The notes beneath the pieces were generated by a model. That model had not been told where the DNA came from, did not search any database, and saw nothing but the letters and a program-made list of their open reading frames with translations. From Candidatus Poribacteria bacterium (lineage in GTDB: Bacteria; Poribacteria; WGA-4E; GCA-2687025), in NCBI GenBank assembly GCA_018644665.1, contig JABGQA010000059.1:34839-98838 (forward strand): a stretch of 64,000 nt of DNA. Reading direction: 5' to 3'. Of this stretch, positions 55,201 to 62,674 are shown piece by piece. The number at the start of each line of letters is the position of its first letter. Within the stretch, counting starts at the first letter, position 1. Position numbers and translations under genes: made by a program.

Positions 55201-55925
55201 CTCCGGCCGAGGAGGGCGCGCTCGACGAGATGTTCGCGGCTCCGGCCGAAGGTGAGGTTCCCGTCGCCGATCCTGTCCCGGACGCCGACGAAGCAGCCCT
55301 GGATCTCGATGCCCTGCTGGCCGACGACGAAACCGAGGGCGATGAGCCGGGCGAAGACGTGGATGCTGGAGCGCCGGGTGAAGCGCCCACGCTGGACGCG
55401 CTGGTCGGTGATGAGCCGGGACCGGAAGGGGATGTTGCGGAAGAGGCTCCCCAGGCGGAGACGGCCGACGAAACCGCCGACGCGTTGACCGGTCTGCCGA
55501 CCTCCGAGGGTTTCGCTGATCGGCTGAACGAGGACTGGGCCGCCGCCGAAGCCGCTGACCTGCCGATGTCGATGGTCCTCGTGGACGTCACTCGGATAGC
55601 AAGTGACGGCGATGAGTCGGCTGCAACGGAAGTCGCGCGCGTACTGAGCAGCGAATTCGCGGCCGTTGGGACGCCGTCGCACGCGGGCGAGCATCTGTTA
55701 GCCCTGGTGCTCACGAACGTCCCGCTGGACGAGGCCATTGAGGTCGCCGGATTGGTCCAGACTGCTCTCGGTGGCGCGTTCCCTGACTCGTCGGAAGGCA
55801 TCTCCATGGGCGTGTCGGAACGACGCGGAAGCAGAGCGGAAGACGCCGCCGGATATCTACGGTCACTTCGTGAAGCAATGGACGAAGGCGTTGCGGCGGG
55901 CCAGAACTTCGTCGTATACGGTTAG
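52224..55925 (+). CDS. giant bitopic protein: periplasmic vWA domain, TM, two FHA-like modules, acidic (E/D)xALDxL repeat region, degenerate GGDEF-like C-terminal domain
   Basis: The GTG at 52224 gives a signal peptide VFTRPQTRRRSTGTSLIATLVLGFVAHVSLYAQS (the ORF is open from the TTG at 52119). The vWA MIDAS is IVFALDQSISMD...VGLVLFGD. The TM is TAIVMLALGGLVAVFGGALYLLIEW. The FHA-like segments are VLRGSAYINGSPV...FQVGDF and AIRGSLYVNDRRL...IKIGRFTFKY. The GGDEF fold is TGLPTSEGFADRL...MVLVDV...AGEHLLAL, with the GGDEF signature replaced. Confidence 0.75.
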   Translation: MFTRPQTRRRSTGTSLIATLVLGFVAHVSLYAQSAPTASGPLPSASGAPVPLVSVTRRHIVFALDQSISMDHLDPERLRIEGLRKLLYGLSPTDQVGLVLFGDAARIAVPLAPASSANMGALLREANAPSAVTGSPDLNRAMQTSLGMLPKGVDGVISSVILISSARMPEGMDEEAVKAATIALRRSTYTFIRANADLYAIALGPFSDKALALTSVMRSRTNQYEVETGNGLPQVFGKILVQVQGYGQRPVLARLDPEAASVDKQELVQAVRVAPYTELLQIDIVSESDQSGVIGFAVALKNPEGDIVPPTFQSSGNAFYRIPGPMAGEWQYGVKPERKARITHQVITDTGLKIVHYYPSVVEVGKAIDLYSSVLTRQGPVEVDSFKVGTVDYQFAQADVTFVGPDGTSETIRAQLEGRRSVYAGEYKVTNWRGDVPGAYDVDIAIYLRKEKELHGDLFEMHNIQPITIHVVDDRSQLPLVSLASVDPVSTDGRPIPLFDAQGRAPQLSFYAEVLERGVGGVSPYMLGRTIIARVKRGDGYELTGDVGQATLTGYKRPVGPPSLLLEPDTTVARRVQYAFPTLNTSARDKVYFEQAGYYRVQLIEGPTYRVDAARASVVRQVGDEPLSSTAIVMLALGGLVAVFGGALYLLIEWGKIDLAPRGAGDQLDDVLIEDEPTFTTFTDVFDENLFDMPQNIPLEIAVFEHGMLTNHTTFDTERSENYVVKVLRGSAYINGSPVTDEFDLHMRPEDEFQVGDFKAGISGVEDLVIQFMVEDVGESTVINVITDTGVQRWTITSAPELRVPPRPGETRTLDFSEQDELLIARDEGLDADHPMDIALYHESVGAPHAKFTKQTYLNGSVGYGVEAIRGSLYVNDRRLEPEEVVEEFSPGTTIKIGRFTFKYNWDQGPDAQHPVLEFLEAPEATPLPITDIHNDPPADVAEETDAATVDEEALDALFDDGDGPSEDEDDDSTADGESAVDAVADIVDDDAAPAEEGALDEMFAAPAEGEVPVADPVPDADEAALDLDALLADDETEGDEPGEDVDAGAPGEAPTLDALVGDEPGPEGDVAEEAPQAETADETADALTGLPTSEGFADRLNEDWAAAEAADLPMSMVLVDVTRIASDGDESAATEVARVLSSEFAAVGTPSHAGEHLLALVLTNVPLDEAIEVAGLVQTALGGAFPDSSEGISMGVSERRGSRAEDAAGYLRSLREAMDEGVAAGQNFVVYG

Positions 55926-55954
55926 ACTTCGGAAGAGCCTGTGAGGGGAACTGA

Positions 55955-56902
55955 ATGCGATCTCTTGACTCGACCGCGGATTCGACGGCAGGCGCGGTAA
56001 TCCTTGCGGTGGATGATGACCACCACAACCTGTTTATGCTCCAGCGGCGACTCGAGGGCCATAACTACCGCGTATTCACGGCATCCTCGGGCAAGAGCGC
56101 AATGGACTTGGCCGCCGAGCACAGCCCTGACCTCATCCTCCTCGACATCACCATGCCTGAGATGGATGGCTTTGCCGTCAAGGAGGCCCTGAACCAAGAC
56201 GACCGGCTCGGGTCAATCCCAGTCATATTCCTATCCGACCGGGTGCAAATCGAGTTCAAAGTCCGCGCGTACGGGCTGGGCGGCACGGACTTCCTCTCGA
56301 AGCCGTTCCACCCAGAGGAACTGCTGGCGCGCATGCAGGTTGGGCTACGTCACCACATGCGGGCGCGGATGTACGAGAACGAGATATCGAATCTCGAAGA
56401 AGCCATGCGAACCGGTGGCGTCCAGGGCGCCGACGAGGAAGAGGCGCTCGAGCGTCTGACCCGTGCGATGCAGATGGCCGAGAGCCGGAGCGACCCGGTC
56501 TCCGTGCTGGATCTCAGGATCGTGGGCCTGGCGGAGATGAACAACGCTCCGCTCGCGCGCGTTATCCTGATGGAGACCAGCGAAGTTCTGCACGAGATGG
56601 TCAACGCTGCGACGGATACCGTATTGGCATACCGCGAGCAGGGCGAATACCTCCTCCTCGCTGTTGGCACCACCAGTAAGCGGGCGCAGATCCTCGCCGA
56701 AGGACTCAAGAGCAGCATCATGGTGCGCGCGTTCGCCGACCCGAACGCCGAAGACCAGCTCGAGGTGAGTATCGGCATTGCCGCGTGGGAGCCGGGCCAG
56801 GACTACACCGCCGAGGACATCCTCGCCGGCGCCAGCGAGGCCATGGAGTCCGCGGCGGGAGCCGGCGGCAGCCGTACGGTCGTCAAGCGCTTCGAGGAAT
56901 AA
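55955..56902 (+). CDS. response regulator: REC domain plus a degenerate GGDEF-like output domain
   Basis: The REC motifs are ILAVDDD, DLILLDITMPEMDG and SKPF. The C-terminal fold has REQGEYLLL in place of GG(D/E)EF, and no RxxD I-site is visible. Confidence 0.85.
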   Translation: MRSLDSTADSTAGAVILAVDDDHHNLFMLQRRLEGHNYRVFTASSGKSAMDLAAEHSPDLILLDITMPEMDGFAVKEALNQDDRLGSIPVIFLSDRVQIEFKVRAYGLGGTDFLSKPFHPEELLARMQVGLRHHMRARMYENEISNLEEAMRTGGVQGADEEEALERLTRAMQMAESRSDPVSVLDLRIVGLAEMNNAPLARVILMETSEVLHEMVNAATDTVLAYREQGEYLLLAVGTTSKRAQILAEGLKSSIMVRAFADPNAEDQLEVSIGIAAWEPGQDYTAEDILAGASEAMESAAGAGGSRTVVKRFEE

Positions 56903-56937
56903 TCCGATGAGCGGCGGCGCATATGGCGAGGTGAATC

Positions 56938-58269
56938 GTGGCGAAGATACTTCTTGTCGACGATGACCCCGACTTCTGCGCCGCGCTCGTCGCCCGATTG
57001 GCTCAGAAGGGCTTGGATGTCGACGCCGCTGAGAGCGGGGCCGTAGCCCTAGCACGCCTACGCGACCACGCGTACGCTCTCGTCATCTCCGACGTGCGCA
57101 TGCCCGAGATGGACGGCATTGAGCTTCTGCGCCGAGTGAAGGAGGACCGGCCACAGACGCCCGTTCTCATGCTCACCGCGTTCCGCGACGTGGATGGCGC
57201 CGTGGAGGCGATGAAGCTCGGCGCCAACGACTACCTGATCAAGCCCGTCGAGGGCGACATCCTCTACGCGAAGATCACTCACATTCTGCCTGAATTCGGC
57301 GAAAGGCCCGCCGGATTCGAGAGCATTGTCACGTGCGATCCGAGCATGGTGAAGCACCTGGAAATGCTCGATATGGTCGCCCAGTCGAACGCTTCCGTGC
57401 TGCTGTCCGGCGAAAGCGGGACGGGTAAGGAGGTGTTTGCCCGCGCCATCCATGAGCGCAGCCCCAGATCGAGCTTTCCATTCGTCGCGGTGAATTGCGC
57501 CGGCCTGCCGGAGGGGTTGCTGCAGAGCGAGTTGTTCGGACACGAGAAGGGCTCTTTTACCGGCGCATCGACACAGCACAAGGGCAAGTTCGAGCAGGCG
57601 GACGGAGGGACCCTCCTTCTGGACGAGATCTCGGAAATGCCCCCCGAACTCCAGGCGAAGCTGCTGCGCGCGCTTCAGGAGCGCGAGGTCGACCGGCTCG
57701 GAGGCAAGCGCCCGATCAAGGTAGACGTGCGCGTCATCGCGACAACGAACCGCGACATGCAGCAGCACGTGCGCGACGGCGGCTTCCGCGAGGATCTGTT
57801 CTATCGGCTCTGCGTGGTGCCGATCACGCTCCCGCCGTTGCGCGAGCGGAGGATGGACATCCTCCTCCTCGCAAGGCATTTCCTCAAGGAGTTCTGTGAG
57901 CAGAACCAGAAGAGCATCTCGGACTTCACCGACGCCGCCGCGGGATGGATGGAGAGCCAACAGTGGCACGGCAATGTGCGCGAACTGCGCAACGTTGTGG
58001 AACGGGCGGTTGTGCTGTGCCAGGGGAATCGCGTCGAGTCGTACGAATTGAACCCGGAGCTGTGGGTAACGCCCGAAAGCGACGCGGCGGCGGCTGACGA
58101 CCCGGGCAGGCTCGATGTGCGCGTTGGCATGACGGCGCACGAGGTGGAGAAACGCCTGATCCTGAAGACGCTGGAGGAATCCGGCGGCAACAAGAGCCGC
58201 GCGGCCGAGATCCTAGGCATCACGCCTAGAACCATCAGGAACAAGCTGCGGGAATACGGACTCATGTAG
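56938..58269 (+). CDS. sigma-54-dependent Fis-family response regulator (NtrC/FleR/FlrC class)
   Basis: REC (ILLVDDD, LVISDVRMPEMDG). The AAA+ domain has GESGTGKEVFARAIH, ELFGHEKGSFTGA (GAFTGA-type loop) and LLLDEI. The C-terminal Fis HTH is NKSRAAEILGITPRTIRNKLREYG. GTG start. Confidence 0.9.
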   Translation: MAKILLVDDDPDFCAALVARLAQKGLDVDAAESGAVALARLRDHAYALVISDVRMPEMDGIELLRRVKEDRPQTPVLMLTAFRDVDGAVEAMKLGANDYLIKPVEGDILYAKITHILPEFGERPAGFESIVTCDPSMVKHLEMLDMVAQSNASVLLSGESGTGKEVFARAIHERSPRSSFPFVAVNCAGLPEGLLQSELFGHEKGSFTGASTQHKGKFEQADGGTLLLDEISEMPPELQAKLLRALQEREVDRLGGKRPIKVDVRVIATTNRDMQQHVRDGGFREDLFYRLCVVPITLPPLRERRMDILLLARHFLKEFCEQNQKSISDFTDAAAGWMESQQWHGNVRELRNVVERAVVLCQGNRVESYELNPELWVTPESDAAAADDPGRLDVRVGMTAHEVEKRLILKTLEESGGNKSRAAEILGITPRTIRNKLREYGLM

Positions 58270-58276
58270 GTCCACG

Positions 58277-58954
58277 GTGATGTCCCAGCCTTTGTCGCGT
58301 CTTCGCCTCCAGCCCTGCCCGAGCGCGCGTGGCGGCTGCGCCGTGCCGGTGTTCGCCGCGATCATCCTGGTGTTGGTCTCTTCGGGGTGCGACCGCACGC
58401 CGGTCGTACACGATGTCCGCCCGCGAGAGATCCCCGAAACTGGCGCCACGGTCGTGACTGTCCGGGGCGACCGCTTCCGTGGTGGGACGCGCGTCACTCT
58501 GAACGGCTCGGTACTGTCGGACACGACCGTCGTCGACAAGACCACGTTGCGCGCCACGCTCCCTCCCTCGAATCCCGGGCCGGCCAGGATCGGCGCGGTG
58601 ACGTTGCCGGACGCGCCCTCACCCACGACGGTCGAAGTCCTCTACGTCGACGTTACGCCTCCTCGAGTCATAGGCTGGGAGCCGGCCGGGGCCCTGCCGC
58701 CCGACGCAACCACGAACCGCATCCGTGTCACCTTCTCCGAGCCGATCGAGACAGGGTCTCTTGACCTACGAGACGACGCCGGCTCCGAAGTGCTCGGCTC
58801 CGTATCGCGACTGGGGGCAGTGTTGGTCTTCGCGCCGTCAGAAAGTCTGCTCGCGGGTCGCGGCTACGTGGCCTCGGTGTACGGCGTCACGGACGCACGT
58901 GACAACGCGGCCGCGTCCGAGCGACTGCGCTTCTCGATCGCCTCGCCCGAGTAG
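58277..58954 (+). CDS. lipoprotein with an IPT/TIG domain and an SbsA-type Ig-like domain
   Basis: The lipobox is ILVLVSSGC-D. The TIG-like segment is TGATVVTVRGDRFRGGTRVTLNG. PPRVIGWEPAG...IRVTFSEPIETGS is typical of Big_5/SbsA_Ig. Confidence 0.65.
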   Translation: MMSQPLSRLRLQPCPSARGGCAVPVFAAIILVLVSSGCDRTPVVHDVRPREIPETGATVVTVRGDRFRGGTRVTLNGSVLSDTTVVDKTTLRATLPPSNPGPARIGAVTLPDAPSPTTVEVLYVDVTPPRVIGWEPAGALPPDATTNRIRVTFSEPIETGSLDLRDDAGSEVLGSVSRLGAVLVFAPSESLLAGRGYVASVYGVTDARDNAAASERLRFSIASPE

Positions 58955-59446
58955 CGCGTTGCATGCCCGCTGCCACCACGGCCGTCAAGGCCCCCAGCGC
59001 GCCTCTCACGGCGCTCGGCGCCTCCACAACCCCCGTTTCCTTGCCGAGGCGTACGAATGCCCCAGCAGGCGCACAGGAGTCCGTGCTCTGTGCATGCGGA
59101 CGCCGCCTTCCGATCGGCGCTGCGCTCGGACCGCGCCACCAGGATCAGTTGCTCTCCGTGGCACATCAGGTCCCGCTTCGACTCTCCGCACCACCGGCGA
59201 GTGTCGTGGACGCGGTTGCACACCGGCTCGCTGGGTGCGGCGCCGACCATGACGACAGTCGCCGCCGGCGCGTAGGCCTGTGAATCGCACGATCGTTCCC
59301 GCTACGGCAGGACCTTTCTCGCGGTGCGGTGCGGCGTACCGGTGACCCAGCCGACGATTCGACCGACTTCCTGGGACGTACAATCCAGTGGTAGAGCGGA
59401 TCGATGGCGACTGCGCGATTTTCTTCGACTTTTTCTGCATTTAGGC

Positions 59447-59474
59447 TAAAGTCCCGCGGCAGAGGCGCCGATAG
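59447..59474 (+). promoter_or_regulatory. sigma-28 (FliA)-type promoter TAAA-N16-GCCGATAG upstream of flagellin 1
   Basis: cTAAAGtcccgcggcagaggcGCCGATAG compared with the consensus TAAA-N15-GCCGATAA. It lies about 350 nt upstream of the ATG at 59824. Confidence 0.65.
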
Positions 59475-59823
59475 ACAAATCAGACATGGTAGAACATACG
59501 TCCCTTTTCTAAGTCTCACCTACGAACGCTACGCTGTGGCGATATGCGTGCTGGCTCGGCTGTATGGCCGTAGTCGGGTCGTATATCATCCTCCCCTATA
59601 TATCCGCGCAGTCTAAGACCGATCACGTCCGTGCATTCGTGCGCCTTCTTGCGGCGCGCCTGAGGATGCTCCTAACGGGGTGTCTGTGGGCTCTCCGTCT
59701 AGGTGTTCGTGCGCAAAGGGAGTGATGCCTCTTAGGGTGTTTTCTGTCCGTCTGCGCGGCGATGCAGTCTTCTTCTACGGCAAACGTGTGCACGAGAACC
59801 AACATCTGTGGAGTTGAAATCGA

Positions 59824-60690
59824 ATGTTTAAGCTCAACACGAACATGAACGCGCTGACGGCCGCGAACCGGCTGCGTCAGACGGGCGCCGACGCCGCGAA
59901 GCGGCTCGAGCGGCTGTCGACCGGGCTGCGGATCAACAGCGCTGGCGACGACCCGGCTGGGCTCGGGGCGTCCGAGACGATGCGGTCGCAGTTGGCCGGC
60001 CAGACAGTGGCAGCCGAGAACGTCGGGCGAGCCATCTCCCTGCTACAGACGGCGGACTCGAGCCTCGAGCAGATCGGCAACCTTCTGGTTCGCCTGAAGG
60101 AGTTGGCGATCCAGAGCTCGGACTCAACCATCAGCGACGACAACCGCCTCGGCATCTCCGACGAAGCGGCCGGTCTCATCGCTGAGATCGACCGAATCGC
60201 CGACACGACGACGTTCAACGGCATCAGCCTGATCGCGTCGGCCGGGACCGGGGCGACGAACCTGACGTTCTACATCGGCGACGGCACGTCGTCGAGTGGC
60301 GCGACGGCGGCGCTGGCCCTGAAGGGTGTCCAGTACACCGCCGCTACGGGCCTCGGCACCATCAACGCCACGGCCGTCAACATCGGGCTGGCGTCGATCG
60401 GCGCCGCATCGTCTGCTCCAGAGGTGGCGCTTGCCATCGACACCGGCGTGACGGAACTGACGAAGCTCCGGAATTCTGTCGGCGCGCTCCAGAACCGCAT
60501 GGAGCGTACGCTCGACAGCCTGCTCGCCGGAGCAGAGAACACAGCGTCCGCGATCTCGACGATCCGCGACGCCGATTTCGCGCAGGAGGCGACCGCGCTC
60601 ACGCGGGCGCAGTTGCTCGTGCAGGCAGGCGTGTCGATGCTCTCGCAAGCTAACGTGCTGCCGCAGACCGCGCTCCTCCTGCTGATATAG
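59824..60690 (+). CDS. fliC: flagellin (288 aa), paralog 1
   Basis: MFKLNTNMNALTAANRLRQT...LERLSTGLRINSAGDDPAGL...GALQNRMERT...IRDADFAQEATALTRAQLLVQAGVSMLSQANVLPQTALLLL. Confidence 0.95.
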   Translation: MFKLNTNMNALTAANRLRQTGADAAKRLERLSTGLRINSAGDDPAGLGASETMRSQLAGQTVAAENVGRAISLLQTADSSLEQIGNLLVRLKELAIQSSDSTISDDNRLGISDEAAGLIAEIDRIADTTTFNGISLIASAGTGATNLTFYIGDGTSSSGATAALALKGVQYTAATGLGTINATAVNIGLASIGAASSAPEVALAIDTGVTELTKLRNSVGALQNRMERTLDSLLAGAENTASAISTIRDADFAQEATALTRAQLLVQAGVSMLSQANVLPQTALLLLI

Positions 60691-60747
60691 CCGCCCGGCT
60701 ATGTCTCCGTTCCGCAAGTGGTAACCCTGCGGAAACCCTTCTGACAT

Positions 60748-60778
60748 GGGCGGCGCCATCCGATGGCGCCGCCCTTTT
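60748..60778 (+). terminator. rho-independent terminator after flagellin 1
   Basis: GGGCGGCGCCATC-c-GATGGCGCCGCCC followed by TTTT. Confidence 0.8.
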
Positions 60779-60800
60779 CCCGCTCAAGTGCACTTCGCGC

Positions 60801-60827
60801 TCAAGTCCTTGGCCAAACGGCCGATAT
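60801..60827 (+). promoter_or_regulatory. sigma-28-type promoter TCAA-N15-GCCGATAT upstream of flagellin 2
   Basis: cTCAAGtccttggccaaacgGCCGATAT, about 360 nt upstream of the ATG at 61190. Confidence 0.55.
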
Positions 60828-61189
60828 ATGTAGCGAAGGGTTACCACGAGCGGAAGTTGTCCCACCGACGATTTCCCTTGTCCCACACAAAGCAAAAGCC
60901 TCCCCTAGGCCCCCTAAGACTCTTCGCGCAGCCATATCCCCGGATTGCGTCGACTCGTTGGAGTCGGCTCGGTTCAATGGTCTGCTTCGCCTCAACGTCC
61001 CCTACATGTCTACGCGTGCAATCCTGAGTCAGAAGGTTGTCCTCTAGCCTCCGGCTGTGGGCCACGTAGGTTCACGTACAGGGCTCGACGCATGCGCGGC
61101 GGCGGGCGAACGTCCACCACCACTATAAAGCATGCGGTATACAACCCTGTCCAAGCACGGAGTGTGGAGATACAAGGAGCTCGGTGACG

Positions 61190-62059
61190 ATGTTCAGAAT
61201 CAACACGAACGTTCTCGCGATCACTGGTCAGAGGAATCTGTTCCAGACGACCAAGGATCTCAACACTCGGATGGAACGGCTCTCGTCGGGGCTTCGCATC
61301 AACAGCGCCGCGGATGACGCGGCGGGGTTGACCGCCTCGGTCGCCATGCGCGCACAGCTGGCGGGCCTCAGCACCGCGAACGACAACATGTCCCGCGCGG
61401 TTACGCTGCTTCAGACCGCTGATAGCGGCCTCGAGCAGATCGGGAACATGCTCATCCGGCTCAAGGAGTTGGCCGAGCAGTCCGCGGACGGGACCCAGAA
61501 CGCCGATAACCGCAGCGGTCTCTCGACGGAAGCCGCCGCGTTGATCGCCGAGATCGACCGCATCGCTTCCTCGACCACGTTCAACGGCATCAGCCTGATC
61601 GACTCCGCCGGCGCGGCCACATCGGTCACGAACCTGACATTCTACGTGGGTGACGGCACGTCGGCCACGAACCAGGTGCTCTCGCTCGCCCTCAAGGGCG
61701 TGGCGTTCGACGCCAACGGCATCGGGACCATCGGCGGCACGGGGTTCAACTTCACGCTGGACGACTTCCTTGGGCAGGCGTCCGCGCAGGCGATGGTCTC
61801 GGACATCGATACCGCCGTCACGACGCTGGCGTCGATCCGCACGGATGTCGGGGCATTCCAGAACCGCATCGAGCGGTCCCAGGCGAACGTGCAGACGCAG
61901 ATCGAGAACACGGCGAGGTCCGAATCGACGATCCGCGATGCGGATTTCGCGGTTGAGGCCTCGGCGATGACCCGCGCGCAGATCCTCGCGCAAACGGGCG
62001 CGTCGATACTGCAACAGGCGAACCTGCTCCCACAAATCGCGCTCACCCTGGTCAGCTAA
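61190..62059 (+). CDS. fliC: flagellin (289 aa), paralog 2
   Basis: MFRINTNVLAITGQRNLFQTTKDLNTRMERLSSGLRINSAADDAAGL...GAFQNRIERS...IRDADFAVEASAMTRAQILAQTGASILQQANLLPQIALTLV. An AAGGAG SD sequence lies 10 nt upstream. The track ORF starts at a GTG two codons earlier. Confidence 0.95.
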   Translation: MFRINTNVLAITGQRNLFQTTKDLNTRMERLSSGLRINSAADDAAGLTASVAMRAQLAGLSTANDNMSRAVTLLQTADSGLEQIGNMLIRLKELAEQSADGTQNADNRSGLSTEAAALIAEIDRIASSTTFNGISLIDSAGAATSVTNLTFYVGDGTSATNQVLSLALKGVAFDANGIGTIGGTGFNFTLDDFLGQASAQAMVSDIDTAVTTLASIRTDVGAFQNRIERSQANVQTQIENTARSESTIRDADFAVEASAMTRAQILAQTGASILQQANLLPQIALTLVS

Positions 62060-62230
62060 TGTCGCACGCGACTCCACAGATTCCCCTTTCGGGGACGCAC
62101 GGGCACACGGAGGCGTCATTGTCGACGTCTCCCCGGGGCCATAGGGATCGGCCGTCTGACGGCCGTGAAACCCGCCGGTCACGGGTACTCGCGTCCCGTC
62201 GCGATGTTCCGAGTTCGGCGATCTTTGGGC

Positions 62231-62258
62231 TAAAGCGTCCGATGGTACGTGCCGATAC
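62231..62258 (+). promoter_or_regulatory. sigma-28-type promoter TAAA-N16-GCCGATAC upstream of flagellin 3
   Basis: gcTAAAGcgtccgatggtacgtGCCGATAC, about 420 nt upstream of the ATG at 62675. Confidence 0.65.
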
Positions 62259-62529
62259 TGGAAATAGCGGCGGGCTGCGGCGACGCAGTGGCGCCCACAT
62301 GATACTCCCCCAAGTCCGCTCGGATGCCGCCGGATCCCCCACGGCTCCGAAACCCAATGTTACTACTGTCAGCGTAGAGTCCCGGCCCAGGTCCTCGTGG
62401 ATGGCTTTGCCACCACCGGGCTTGTCTCGGATGCTCTCGACTGACCGGAGCGAGGTACGTCGATCGGCCGAGGTGTCGCCCGCATCAGCGACATCGTGGC
62501 GGCTGCGCTGCACGACCGTAGAAGACAAT

Positions 62530-62558
62530 TATCCCATCAACACTGTCATGATGGGATA
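62530..62558. repeat. perfect 10-bp inverted repeat TATCCCATCA-N9-TGATGGGATA in the flagellin-3 leader
   Basis: Read directly from the sequence. It lies about 115 nt upstream of the ATG at 62675 and downstream of the sigma-28 promoter. Confidence 0.6.
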
Positions 62559-62674
62559 CACGATACAACTGCATCACGCGGGATGTCCCCGGATTCCCAG
62601 ACGCCATACGTCTGCCCGGAGGTCGCCCTGCATGCCTGCCACCCATCGCGAATGGGTGAGGGAGCATTTCTGCC

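Noticed and set aside
57964-57979. TGGCAC hexamers as sigma-54 promoters. Other hits lie at about 4313, 10944, 32014 and 59166.
   Set aside because: Most of them lie inside coding sequences; the 59166 hit is in the unassigned 58955-59446 segment. None is followed by TTGC at the -12 spacing.
62082-62095. TCCCC-tttc-GGGGA hairpin after flagellin 2 as a terminator
   Set aside because: The stem is only 5 bp and has no U-tract, which is too weak to call. Read-through into the flagellin-3 leader cannot be excluded.
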